UHGV virus genome: UHGV-0082109
Length of the DNA: 20,297 nucleotides
Strand: one strand, 5' to 3'
Source of the DNA: a virus
Below are positions 7,234 through 15,675 of this stretch, one piece after another (within the stretch, counting starts at the first letter, position 1; every line of letters starts with the position of its first letter). Made by a program: the position numbers and the translations under genes. A model generated the notes under the pieces. The model did not search any database. It worked only from the letters and a program-made list of their open reading frames with translations, and had not been told where the DNA came from.

Positions 7234-8088
7234 ATGGCAAAAAAAGTCTCAAAATTCTTTCGTATCGGCGTTGAGGGTGACACCTGTGACGGGCGTGTCA
7301 TCAGTGCGCAGGATATTCAGGAAATGGCCGAAACCTTTGACCCGCGAGTCTATGGTTGCCGCATTAACCTGGAACATCTGCGCGGCATCCTGCCTGACGG
7401 TATTTTTAAGCGTTATGGCGATGTGGCCGAACTGAAGGCCGAAAAGATTGACGATGATTCGGCGCTGAAAGGCAAATGGGCGCTGTTTGCGAAAATCACC
7501 CCGACCGATGACCTTATCGCGATGAACAAGGCCGCGCAGAAGGTCTATACCTCAATGGAAATTCAGCCGAACTTTGCCAACACCGGCAAATGTTATCTGG
7601 TGGGTCTGGCCGTCACCGATGACCCGGCAAGCCTCGGCACGGAATACCTGGAATTCTGCCGCACGGCAAAACACAACCCCCTGAACCGCTTCAAATTAAG
7701 CCCTGAAAACCTGATTTCAGTGGCAACGCCTGTTGAGCTGGAATTTGAAGACCTGCCTGAAACCGTGTTCACCGCCCTGACCGAAAAGGTGAAATCCATT
7801 TTTGGCCGCAAACAGGCCAGCGATGACGCCCGTCTGAATGACGTGCATGAAGCGGTGACCGCTGTTGCTGAACATGTGCAGGAAAAACTGAGCGCCACTG
7901 AGCAGCGCCTCGCTGAGATGGAAACCGCCTTTTCCGCACTTAAGCAGGAGGTGACTGACAGGGCGGATGAAACCAGTCAGGCATTCACCCGCCTGAAAAA
8001 CAGTCTCGACCACACCGAAAGTCTGACCCAGCAGCGCCGCAGCAAGGCCACCGGTGGTGGCGGTGACGCCCTGATGACGAACTGCTGA
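7234..8088 (+). CDS. O: Capsid scaffolding protein, P2 gpO-like
   Basis: The track ORF starts at 7168, but the conserved start is the ATG at 7234 (MAKKVSKFFRIGVEGDTCDGRVISAQDIQEMAETFDP...) with AGGA upstream, giving 284 aa as in P2 gpO. Confidence 0.92.
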   Translation: MAKKVSKFFRIGVEGDTCDGRVISAQDIQEMAETFDPRVYGCRINLEHLRGILPDGIFKRYGDVAELKAEKIDDDSALKGKWALFAKITPTDDLIAMNKAAQKVYTSMEIQPNFANTGKCYLVGLAVTDDPASLGTEYLEFCRTAKHNPLNRFKLSPENLISVATPVELEFEDLPETVFTALTEKVKSIFGRKQASDDARLNDVHEAVTAVAEHVQEKLSATEQRLAEMETAFSALKQEVTDRADETSQAFTRLKNSLDHTESLTQQRRSKATGGGGDALMTNC

Positions 8089-8146
8089 CCGGCGTCAGTC
8101 AGTCCGGGAAAACCTTCACGATTAACCCTTAATTTCAGGAAAAACT

Positions 8147-9220
8147 ATGCGCCAGGAAACCCGCTTTAAATTTAATGCCTACCTGTCCCGTGTTGCCGAA
8201 CTGAACGGCATCGACGCCGGTGATGTGTCGAAAAAATTCACCGTTGAACCGTCGGTCACCCAGACCCTGATGAACACCATGCAGGAGTCCTCTGACTTTC
8301 TGACCCGCATCAACATTGTGCCGGTCAGCGAAATGAAAGGGGAAAAAATTGGTATCGGTGTCACCGGCTCCATCGCCAGCACCACCGACACCGCCGGTGG
8401 CACCGAGCGTCAGCCGAAGGACTTCTCGAAGCTGGCGTCAAACAAGTACGAATGCGACCAGATTAACTTCGATTTTTATATCCGCTACAAAACGCTGGAC
8501 CTGTGGGCGCGTTATCAGGATTTCCAGCTCCGTGTCCGTAACGCCATTATCAAACGCCAGTCCCTTGATTTCATCATGGCCGGTTTTAACGGCGTGAAGC
8601 GTGCCGAAACCTCTGACCGCAGCAGCAATCCGATGCTGCAGGATGTGGCGGTCGGCTGGCTGCAGAAATACCGCAATGAAGCCCCGGCGCGCGTGATGAG
8701 CAAGGTTACTGACGAGGAAGGTCACACGACCTCTGAGGTCATCCGCGTGGGTAAGGGCGGTGATTATGCCAGCCTCGATGCACTGGTGATGGATGCGACC
8801 AACAACCTGATTGAGCCGTGGTATCAGGAAGACCCTGACCTTGTGGTGATTGTGGGGCGTCAGCTACTGGCGGACAAGTATTTCCCCATCGTCAACAAGG
8901 AACAGGACAACAGCGAGATGCTGGCCGCTGACGTCATCATCAGCCAGAAACGCATCGGTAACCTGCCGGCGGTACGCGTCCCGTACTTCCCGGCGGATGC
9001 GATGCTCATCACGAAGCTGGAAAACCTGTCCATCTACTACATGGATGACAGCCATCGCCGCGTGATTGTGGAAAACCCGAAACTCGACCGCGTGGAGAAC
9101 TACGAGTCAATGAACATTGATTACGTGGTGGAAGACTACGCCGCCGGTTGTCTGGTGGAAAAAATTAAGGTCGGTGATTTCTCCACACCGGCTAAGGCGA
9201 CCGCAGAGCCGGGAGCGTAA
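8147..9220 (+). CDS. N: Major capsid protein, P2 gpN-like
   Basis: 357 aa (MRQETRFKFNAYLSRVAELNGIDAGDVSKKFTVEPSV...), the same length as P2 gpN and recognised from memory. AGGA 6 nt upstream. Confidence 0.95.
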   Translation: MRQETRFKFNAYLSRVAELNGIDAGDVSKKFTVEPSVTQTLMNTMQESSDFLTRINIVPVSEMKGEKIGIGVTGSIASTTDTAGGTERQPKDFSKLASNKYECDQINFDFYIRYKTLDLWARYQDFQLRVRNAIIKRQSLDFIMAGFNGVKRAETSDRSSNPMLQDVAVGWLQKYRNEAPARVMSKVTDEEGHTTSEVIRVGKGGDYASLDALVMDATNNLIEPWYQEDPDLVVIVGRQLLADKYFPIVNKEQDNSEMLAADVIISQKRIGNLPAVRVPYFPADAMLITKLENLSIYYMDDSHRRVIVENPKLDRVENYESMNIDYVVEDYAAGCLVEKIKVGDFSTPAKATAEPGA

Positions 9221-9223
9221 CCG

Positions 9224-9967
9224 ATGACGAGTCCCGCACAGCGCCACATGATGCGGGTCTCGGCAGCGATGACCGCGCAGCGGGAAGCCGCCCCGCTGCG
9301 ACATGCAACTGTCTATGAGCAGATGCTGGTTAAGCTCGCCGCAGACCAGCGCACACTGAAAGCGATTTATTCAAAAGAGCTGAAGGCCGCGAAAAAACGC
9401 GAACTGCTGCCGTTCTGGTTGCCGTGGGTGAACGGCGTGCTGGAGCAGGGCAAAGGTGCACAGGATGACATTCTGATGACGGTCATGCTGTGGCGTCTGG
9501 ATACCGGCGATATTGCCGGTGCGCTGGAGATTGCCCGTTATGCCCTGAAGTACGGTCTGACCATGCCGGGTAAACACCGCCGCACCCCGCCGTACATGTT
9601 CACCGAGGAGGTGGCGCTTGCGGCCATGCGTGCCCACGCTGCCGGTGAGTCTGTGGATACCCGCCTGCTGACGGACACCCTTGAACTGACCGCCACGGCT
9701 GACATGCCTGATGAAGTGCGCGCAAAGCTGCACAAAATCACCGGTCTGTTTCTGCGTGACGGTGGTGATGCCGCAGGTGCGCTGGCGCACCTGCAACGTG
9801 CGACACAGCTCGACTGTCAGGCAGGCGTCAAAAAAGAGATTGAACGACTGGAGCGGGAGCTGAAACCGAAGCCGGAGCCACAGCCAAAAGCGGCCACCTG
9901 CGCCCCGCGTAAGACCCGGAGCGTGACACCGGCAAAACGTGGACGCCCGAAAAAGAAAGCCAGTTAA
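9224..9967 (+). CDS. M: Terminase small (endonuclease) subunit, P2 gpM-like
   Basis: 247 aa (MTSPAQRHMMRVSAAMTAQREAAPLRHATVYEQMLVKLAADQRTLKAIY...) with a basic KR-rich C-terminus. Length and sequence match P2 gpM from memory. GGGAG upstream. Confidence 0.93.
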   Translation: MTSPAQRHMMRVSAAMTAQREAAPLRHATVYEQMLVKLAADQRTLKAIYSKELKAAKKRELLPFWLPWVNGVLEQGKGAQDDILMTVMLWRLDTGDIAGALEIARYALKYGLTMPGKHRRTPPYMFTEEVALAAMRAHAAGESVDTRLLTDTLELTATADMPDEVRAKLHKITGLFLRDGGDAAGALAHLQRATQLDCQAGVKKEIERLERELKPKPEPQPKAATCAPRKTRSVTPAKRGRPKKKAS

Positions 9968-10066
9968 CAACCGAATGCGCCCCGCGCCAGGGCGGCACGC
10001 CGGTCAGTGAGGGTGAATCACCTGACACTGCACCGGCGTCCACCGCCCGACTTTTCAGAGGTAGTC

Positions 10067-10576
10067 ATGATGACGCTGATTATTCCGCGAAAGGAGGCTC
10101 CCGTGTCCGGTGAGGGTACGGTGGTCATCCCGCAACCGGCAGGCGACGAGCCGGTGATTAAAAACACGTTCTTTTTTCCCGATATCGACCCGAAGCGCGT
10201 CCGGGAACGTATGCGCCTTGAGCAGACCGTCGCCCCCGCCCGTCTGCGTGAGGCCATCAAGTCAGGCATGGCGGAGACGAATGCGGAGCTGTACGAGTAC
10301 CGCGAACAGAAAATTGCCGCCGGTTTTACGCGTCTGGCGGACGTCCCGGCGGACGACATCGACGGTGAAAGCATCAAAGTTTTTTACTACGAGCGCGCCG
10401 TGTGTGCGATGGCGACCGCGTCGCTTTATGAGCGTTATCGCGGCGTGGATGCCAGTGCGAAAGGCGACAAGAAGGCCGACAGCATTGACAGCACCATTGA
10501 TGAGCTGTGGCGGGATATGCGCTGGGCAGTGGCGCGCATCCAGGACAAGCCGCGCTGCATCGTGAGTCAAATCTGA
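10067..10576 (+). CDS. L: Head completion/stabilisation protein, P2 gpL-like
   Basis: The track ORF starts at 10007, but the conserved start is the ATG at 10067 (MMTLIIPRKEAPVSGEGTVVIPQPAGDEP...) with AGAGG upstream, giving 169 aa as in P2 gpL. Confidence 0.9.
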   Translation: MMTLIIPRKEAPVSGEGTVVIPQPAGDEPVIKNTFFFPDIDPKRVRERMRLEQTVAPARLREAIKSGMAETNAELYEYREQKIAAGFTRLADVPADDIDGESIKVFYYERAVCAMATASLYERYRGVDASAKGDKKADSIDSTIDELWRDMRWAVARIQDKPRCIVSQI

Positions 10577-10779
10577 TGAAGACCTTTGCGCTACAGGGCG
10601 ACACGCTCGACGCCATTTGTGTCCGGTATTACGGGCGCACTGAGGGCGTGGTTGAGACCGTGCTCGCCGCAAATCCGGGACTGGCTGAACTGGGTGCGGT
10701 GCTGCCACACGGCACCGCTGTCGAACTGCCCGACGTTCAGACCGCGCCCGTGGCTGAAACTGTCAATCTGTGGGAGTAA
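10576..10779 (+). CDS. X: Tail protein X, P2 gpX-like
   Basis: 67 aa (MKTFALQGDTLDAICVRYYGRTEGVVETVLAANPGLAELG...). The ATG overlaps the L stop (TGATG). The longer track ORF from 10507 is an in-frame upstream extension inside L. Confidence 0.88.
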   Translation: MKTFALQGDTLDAICVRYYGRTEGVVETVLAANPGLAELGAVLPHGTAVELPDVQTAPVAETVNLWE

Positions 10780-10782
10780 CGC

Positions 10783-11064
10783 ATGACAGCAGAAGAAAAA
10801 AGCGTCCTGTCGCTTTTCATGATTGGGGTGCTGATTGTTGTCGGCAAGGTGCTTGCCGGTGGTGAACCCATCACCCCGCGTCTGTTTATCGGGCGCATGT
10901 TGCTCGGTGGTTTTGTCTCGATGGTTGCCGGTGTTGTTCTGGTGCAGTTTCCTGACCTGTCACTGCCTGCGGTGTGCGGCATCGGCTCCATGCTGGGTAT
11001 CGCCGGTTATCAGGTGATTGAGATTGCCATTCAGCGCCGCTTTAAGGGCAGGGGGAAACAGTAA
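10783..11064 (+). CDS. Y: Holin, P2 gpY-like
   Basis: 93 aa with hydrophobic helices (SLFMIGVLIVVGKVLAGG ... LLGGFVSMVAGVVLV ... GIGSMLGIAGY) and a charged C-terminus. GGGAG upstream. At the P2 gene-Y position. Confidence 0.9.
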   Translation: MTAEEKSVLSLFMIGVLIVVGKVLAGGEPITPRLFIGRMLLGGFVSMVAGVVLVQFPDLSLPAVCGIGSMLGIAGYQVIEIAIQRRFKGRGKQ

Positions 11065-11561
11065 TGCCGGTAATTAACACGCATCAGAATATCGCCGCCT
11101 TTCTCGACATGCTGGCCGTGTCCGAAGGGACGGCGAATCATCCGCTGACGAAAAACCGGGGCTATGACGTGATAGTCACCGGACTGGACGGGAAGCCGGA
11201 AATTTTCACCGACTACAGTGACCACCCGTTCGCACATGGCCGACCGGCGAAGGTGTTTAACCGTCGCGGTGAAAAATCCACGGCCTCCGGTCGCTATCAG
11301 CAGCTTTACCTGTTCTGGCCGCACTACCGCAAACAGCTTGCCCTGCCGGATTTCAGTCCGTTGTCACAGGACAGACTCGCCATTCAGTTGATCCGCGAAC
11401 GCGGTGCACTGGATGACATCCGGGCGGGACGCATTGAGCGCGCCATTTCACGCTGTCGCAATATCTGGGCGTCCCTGCCGGGTGCCGGTTACGGTCAGCG
11501 TGAGCATTCACTGGAAAAACTGGTCACCGTCTGGCGTACCGCTGGCGGCGTACCGGCTTAA
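11064..11561 (+). CDS. K: Endolysin (lysozyme), P2 gpK-like
   Basis: 165 aa (MPVINTHQNIAAFLDMLAVSEGTANHPLTKNRGYDVIVTGLDG...), matching P2 gpK from memory. The ATG overlaps the Y stop (TAATG). Confidence 0.92.
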   Translation: MPVINTHQNIAAFLDMLAVSEGTANHPLTKNRGYDVIVTGLDGKPEIFTDYSDHPFAHGRPAKVFNRRGEKSTASGRYQQLYLFWPHYRKQLALPDFSPLSQDRLAIQLIRERGALDDIRAGRIERAISRCRNIWASLPGAGYGQREHSLEKLVTVWRTAGGVPA

Positions 11562-11575
11562 ACGGAGTAAACACC

Positions 11576-12001
11576 ATGAAGAAATTATCCCTTTCACTGA
11601 TGCTGAACGTGTCGCTGGCGCTGATGCTGGCACTGTCCCTGATTTACCCGCAGAGCGTGGCCGTCAGTTTTGTCGCCACCTGGGCGATTCTGGCGACGGT
11701 TATCTGTGTGGTTGCCGGTGGTGTCGGCGTGTATGCCACGGAGTATGTGCTGGAACGCTACGGGCGGGAGCTGCCGCCGGAATCGCTGGCCGTGAAGATT
11801 GTCACGTCGCTGTTTTTGCAGCCGGTGCCGTGGCGCAGGCGGGCAGCGGCTCTGGTGGTGATGGTGGCGACGTTTATCTCGCTGGTCGCTGCCGGGTGGA
11901 TTTTTACCGCGCTGATTTATCTCGTGGCATCGGTGTTCTTCCGGCTGATACGTACGGCCTGCCGTCAGCGTCTTGAGGGGCGGGAACTATGTCAAAGCTG
12001 A
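11576..12001 (+). CDS. lysA: Lysis timing protein LysA-like (multi-TM membrane protein)
   Basis: 141 aa, strongly hydrophobic, with GGAG upstream, at the P2 lysA position and of the same length. Confidence 0.85.
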   Translation: MKKLSLSLMLNVSLALMLALSLIYPQSVAVSFVATWAILATVICVVAGGVGVYATEYVLERYGRELPPESLAVKIVTSLFLQPVPWRRRAAALVVMVATFISLVAAGWIFTALIYLVASVFFRLIRTACRQRLEGRELCQS

Positions 12002-12414
12002 TGATTGTGCTGGTCGTGTTGTTATCGCTGGCGGTGGCGGGGCTGTTTCTGGCGAAGCATGAAAACGCCAGCCTGCGCGCCTCGCTGGACAGGGCGAACA
12101 ACGTCGCCAGCGGGCAGCAGACGACCATCACCATGCTGAAAAATCAGCTTCATGTTGCCCTCACCAGAGCAGACAAAAACGAGCTGGCGCAGGTGGTACT
12201 GCGTCAGGAACTGGAGAACGCCGCGAAGCGTGAAGCACAGCGCGAGAAAACCATCACGAGGTTACTTAATGAAAACGAAGATTTTCGCCGCTGGTACGGT
12301 GCTGACCTGCCTGATGCTGTGCGCCGGTTGCACCAGCGCCCGGCCTGCACCGACGCCAGTGATTGTCGCCAACGCCTGCCCGAAAGTGAGCCTTTGCCCG
12401 ATGCCGGGCAGTGA
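11989..12414 (+). CDS. lysB: Rz-like inner-membrane spanin subunit, P2 LysB-like
   Basis: 141 aa with an N-terminal TM helix (LMIVLVVLLSLAVAGLFLA) followed by a coiled-coil-like charged region. GAGGGG upstream. Confidence 0.85.
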   Translation: MSKLMIVLVVLLSLAVAGLFLAKHENASLRASLDRANNVASGQQTTITMLKNQLHVALTRADKNELAQVVLRQELENAAKREAQREKTITRLLNENEDFRRWYGADLPDAVRRLHQRPACTDASDCRQRLPESEPLPDAGQ

Positions 12415-12559
12415 CCCGGAGACGAACGGCGATTTAAGTGCTGATATCCGGCAGCTTGAGAACGCGCTGGCACGCTGTGCCAGCCAGGTAAAAATGATTA
12501 AACACTGTCAGGACGAAAACGATGCTCAAACCCGACAGCCTGCGCAGGGCGCTGACTGA
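12269..12559 (+). CDS. lysC: Rz1-like outer-membrane lipoprotein spanin subunit, P2 LysC-like, starting inside lysB in another frame
   Basis: 96 aa from the ATG at 12269 (MKTKIFAAGTVLTCLMLCAGC...), with a lipoprotein signal and lipobox LCAGC, proline-rich, and GAGG upstream. The track ORF 12152-12559 is an upstream extension. Confidence 0.8.
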   Translation: MKTKIFAAGTVLTCLMLCAGCTSARPAPTPVIVANACPKVSLCPMPGSDPETNGDLSADIRQLENALARCASQVKMIKHCQDENDAQTRQPAQGAD

Positions 12560-12989
12560 TGCCGTCACGGTGCTGAAAACCAGTCCCGAGATGCTGCGGA
12601 TATTCGTGGATAACGGGAGTATTGCCTCCACACTGGCGGCGTCGTTGTCATTCGAAAAGCGTTACACGCTCAATGTGATTGTGACCGACTTTACCGGTGA
12701 TTTTGACCTGCTCATCGTGCCGGTGCTGGCGTGGCTGCGGGAAAATCAGCCCGACATCATGACCACCGACGAAGGCCAGAAAAAGGGCTTCACGTTTTAT
12801 GCAGACATCAACAATGACAGCAGCTTTGATATCAGCATCAGCCTGATGCTGACCGAGCGCACGCTGGTCAGTGAGGTGGACGGCGCGCTGCATGTGAAGA
12901 ATATCCCGGAACCCCCGCCGCCGGAGCCGGTCACCCGCCCGATGGAGCTGTATATCAATGGCGAACTGGTGAGCAAGTGGGATGAATGA
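12522..12989 (+). CDS. R: Tail completion protein, P2 gpR-like
   Basis: 155 aa (MLKPDSLRRALTDAVTVLKTSPEMLRIFVDNGSIAS...), matching the P2 gpR length and sequence from memory. Confidence 0.9.
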   Translation: MLKPDSLRRALTDAVTVLKTSPEMLRIFVDNGSIASTLAASLSFEKRYTLNVIVTDFTGDFDLLIVPVLAWLRENQPDIMTTDEGQKKGFTFYADINNDSSFDISISLMLTERTLVSEVDGALHVKNIPEPPPPEPVTRPMELYINGELVSKWDE

Positions 12990-13434
12990 GTTTAAGCGTT
13001 TTGAAGACCGGCTGACCGGACTGATTGAATCGCTGTCACCGTCAGGGCGTCGGCGACTGAGTGCCGAACTGGCGAAACGTCTGCGGCAGAGTCAGCAGCG
13101 TCGGGTGATGGCACAGAAAGCCCCGGACGGCACACCCTACGTGCCACGCCAGCAGCAGAGCGCCAGAAAAAAGACCGGTCGCGTTAAGCGAAAAATGTTT
13201 GCGAAACTTATCACCAGTCGTTTTTTGCATATCCGCGCCAGCCCGGAACAGGCATCAATGGAGTTTTACGGCGGAAAGTCACCGAAAATCGCCAGTGTGC
13301 ATCAGTTCGGTCTGTCGGAAGAAAACCGGAAAGACGGTAAGAAAATTGATTATCCGGCGCGTCCTCTGCTCGGCTTTACCGGTGAGGATGTGCAGATGAT
13401 TGAAGAGATTATTCTGGCTCACCTGAATCGCTAG
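12982..13434 (+). CDS. S: Tail completion protein, P2 gpS-like
   Basis: 150 aa (MNEFKRFEDRLTGLIESLSPSGRRRLSAELAKRLRQ...), overlapping the R stop. Matches P2 gpS from memory. Confidence 0.9.
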   Translation: MNEFKRFEDRLTGLIESLSPSGRRRLSAELAKRLRQSQQRRVMAQKAPDGTPYVPRQQQSARKKTGRVKRKMFAKLITSRFLHIRASPEQASMEFYGGKSPKIASVHQFGLSEENRKDGKKIDYPARPLLGFTGEDVQMIEEIILAHLNR

Positions 13435-13511
13435 CTTTATTGATCTGAGAATATAAGAATGAAATTATTTGATTTAGTATGATTTATTTTGAATCTTTAC
13501 GTTAATAAATA

Positions 13512-13536
13512 AAAGGCCAGTTATTGGCCTTTTATC
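13512..13536. terminator. Bidirectional rho-independent terminator (aaaggcca-gttat-tggccttt flanked by A-run and T-run)
   Basis: An 8-bp perfect stem with a 5-nt loop, read directly. It has a T-tract on the + side (ending the K...S operon) and an A-tract upstream (a U-tract for the minus-strand gene ending at 13538). Confidence 0.6.
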
Positions 13537-13537
13537 A

Positions 13538-14611
13538 TTACTTGCCATTTTTCAATGCGTTGATTAACGATGCTATTTGTTCAATACCATCAAATGTAGA
13601 TGGTATCTTATCATCGGATAGCATGATGTTTGAAAATACTACGTCTTCAAATTTTGAAAGCGCTTCCGGATTGTTTTTCCTTATCTCTGAGGAATAGTCG
13701 CTATAACTCTGAATGAACTGACAAAGGCTCTTTCTGAGTTCTATTTGCATAATCTGAGTTCGTAACGATATATGATTTATCAGTACAACTCTAAAGTAAT
13801 ACATGAAAATCAATGTAACTGATGCAAAAGGTAGTGCTGACATAAAATATGTGGCAGCATTTGTCGTTTCGAGAGTTGGTAATTTATGCATTCCATAGTA
13901 TATCAGCGGGGAGGGAATGATTATAGCCAAGATGATAAGAATTATTCTTGATAGCATGATTTCACTTTCTTTCTTTTTGCCAAGTGAATTAAAGCCATCA
14001 AACAATCCAACAAAATTAAATGCGACCTCATACCCTTTTAATGACTCTTTAATTGACTCTATTTTGGCATGTTGCTCCTTTAAGAAGGAGTCGCACTTTT
14101 CGAAAAATTGACGCCCTTCGTTTAAACTATCAATGTATTTTTTATATGTGTCAACATTGCTGGAGCTTAAAACTTCTTTAACCATTGCTAATGGCAGTTC
14201 TCTAAGAGAAAAGTCTATCTGTGCTCTGCTCCGCTCATCGAATTCATTATAGTTATACAGAGCAAAATCCTTGATGGTTCTTAGTGGTGAAAAGTGAGAC
14301 TCTATTTCCGGAGAGAGAATGCTTGGTTCAATGATAAATCTAAAAAAGCAAGTGAATATAAGGTTGATGCTGTTGTTATCTTCTCCCTTTTCTCTTAAGA
14401 AACTTTTAAAGGTGTCGCCAATCATAGCAATGTTGTACTGGGATTTTTTGTCCCAATCTTCAGGGTTTTCGGAAATGAAGTTTATTGCTTGAGCAATTAT
14501 TTTGTTTCTGTTTGATTCAAAGTTTGTGCTGGGAGTCAGCGTGTTCAAAAAGACCAGATAATCTTTGAACAATTCTTTCATTGTTTCTGACGAGAAAAAG
14601 TAAGTACTCAT
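13538..14611 (-). CDS. AT-rich accessory membrane protein in the S-V intergenic slot (soluble N-terminal domain, two central/C-terminal TM helices); function unknown
   Basis: Minus-strand ORF. The track start at 14707 would overlap the V start and the GC-rich phage DNA. The first ATG inside the AT-rich DNA is at 14609-14611 (MSTYFFSSETMKELF...) and gives 357 aa; an alternative ATG (MKELF) lies 30 nt further in, and the SD is weak for both. Hydrophobic segments are IILIILAIIIPSPLIYYG and ATYFMSALPFASVTLIFMYYF. The stop abuts the terminator hairpin. Confidence 0.6.
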   Translation of the reverse strand: MSTYFFSSETMKELFKDYLVFLNTLTPSTNFESNRNKIIAQAINFISENPEDWDKKSQYNIAMIGDTFKSFLREKGEDNNSINLIFTCFFRFIIEPSILSPEIESHFSPLRTIKDFALYNYNEFDERSRAQIDFSLRELPLAMVKEVLSSSNVDTYKKYIDSLNEGRQFFEKCDSFLKEQHAKIESIKESLKGYEVAFNFVGLFDGFNSLGKKKESEIMLSRIILIILAIIIPSPLIYYGMHKLPTLETTNAATYFMSALPFASVTLIFMYYFRVVLINHISLRTQIMQIELRKSLCQFIQSYSDYSSEIRKNNPEALSKFEDVVFSNIMLSDDKIPSTFDGIEQIASLINALKNGK

Positions 14612-14697
14612 AATGGATTTTGTTGTCCCTTGTTGTTCTGTGCACCAGAAATCGTGGTGTGATTTACTTCGAGATTGTACAGAATCATTATTATCGA
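14612..14697. promoter_or_regulatory. Region upstream of V; expected location of the late promoter P_V by analogy with P2
   Basis: Position only. It contains a short dyad (cacca-gaaatcg-tggtg) but was not verified against the TGT-N12-ACA consensus. Confidence 0.3.
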
Positions 14698-15327
14698 ATG
14701 AATGCACAATACAATGAAATTCTTCGCTTTATACGCAATATGATTCGCACTGGCATTATCGTCGAAACCGACCTTAATGCCGGTCGCTGCCGTGTGCAGA
14801 CCGGCGGCATGTGCACCGACTGGCTTCAGTGGCTGACCCATCGCGCCGGACGTTCGCGCACATGGTGGGCACCTTCCGTGGGGGAACAGGTGCTGATTCT
14901 GGCCGTGGGCGGTGAACTCGACACGGCGTTCGTTCTGCCGGGGATTTATTCCGGCGATAACCCCGCGCCGTCTACGTCGGCGGATGCCCTGCATATCCGT
15001 TTCCCTGACGGGGCGGTGATTGAGTATGAACCCGAAACCAGTGCACTCACGGTAAGCGGAATTAAAACGGCCAGCGTGACGGCTTCTGATTCTGTTACTG
15101 CCACGGTGCCGGTGGTCATGGTGAAAGCGTCAACCCGCATCACCCTGGACACACCGGAGGTGGTCTGCACCAACAGGCTGATTACCGGCACGCTGGAAGT
15201 GCAGAAGGGCGGGACGATGCGCGGCAACATTGAACACACCGGCGGTGAACTCTCATCAAACGGTAAGGTACTGCATACCCATAAACACCCCGGCGACAGC
15301 GGCGGCACAACCGGGGGACCTCTATGA
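14698..15327 (+). CDS. V: Baseplate spike/central hub protein, P2 gpV-like
   Basis: The ATG at 14698 (MNAQYNEILRFIRNMIRTGIIVETDLNAGRCRVQTGGMCTDWLQ...) gives ~209 aa, close to the P2 gpV length. The track ORF from 14620 is an alternative-start extension. The exact start is uncertain because no clear SD is present. Confidence 0.88.
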   Translation: MNAQYNEILRFIRNMIRTGIIVETDLNAGRCRVQTGGMCTDWLQWLTHRAGRSRTWWAPSVGEQVLILAVGGELDTAFVLPGIYSGDNPAPSTSADALHIRFPDGAVIEYEPETSALTVSGIKTASVTASDSVTATVPVVMVKASTRITLDTPEVVCTNRLITGTLEVQKGGTMRGNIEHTGGELSSNGKVLHTHKHPGDSGGTTGGPL

Positions 15328-15671
15328 CTGCGCGTTATCTCGGAATGAATCGCAGTGATGGCCTGACTGTCACTGACCTTGAGCATATCAGCCAGAGTAT
15401 CGGCGATATCCTGCGCACACCGGTCGGCTCACGGGTGATGCGTCGTGATTACGGCTCGTTGCTGGCGTCAATGATTGACCAGCCGCAGACCCCGGCGCTT
15501 GAGTTGCAGATTAAGGTCGCCTGTTACATGGCGGTGCTGAAATGGGAACCCCGCGTCACCCTGTCATCCGTCACCACTGAGCGCAGTTTTGACGGGCGAA
15601 TGACGGTCACGTTAACCGGCCAGCACAACGACACCGGCCAGCCACTTTCGTTAACCATCCCTGTGAGTTGA
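15324..15671 (+). CDS. W: Baseplate wedge protein, P2 gpW-like
   Basis: 115 aa (MTARYLGMNRSDGLTVTDLEHISQSIGDILRTPVGSRVMRRDYGS...). The ATG overlaps the V stop (ATGA). Confidence 0.92.
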   Translation: MTARYLGMNRSDGLTVTDLEHISQSIGDILRTPVGSRVMRRDYGSLLASMIDQPQTPALELQIKVACYMAVLKWEPRVTLSSVTTERSFDGRMTVTLTGQHNDTGQPLSLTIPVS

Positions 15672-15675
15672 AACC

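Noticed and set aside
7593-10708. Shadow ORFs inside O, N, M and L on both strands (for example 7593-7898 -, 8438-8725 -, 9371-9970 -, 10262-10708 -)
   Set aside because: They are antisense or out of frame to recognised structural genes, with no RBS and GC-biased amino-acid composition.
14608-15386. Minus-strand ORFs 14608-14994 and 14946-15386 opposite V/W
   Set aside because: Shadow ORFs of GC-rich genes. 14608-14994 also shares the V promoter region.
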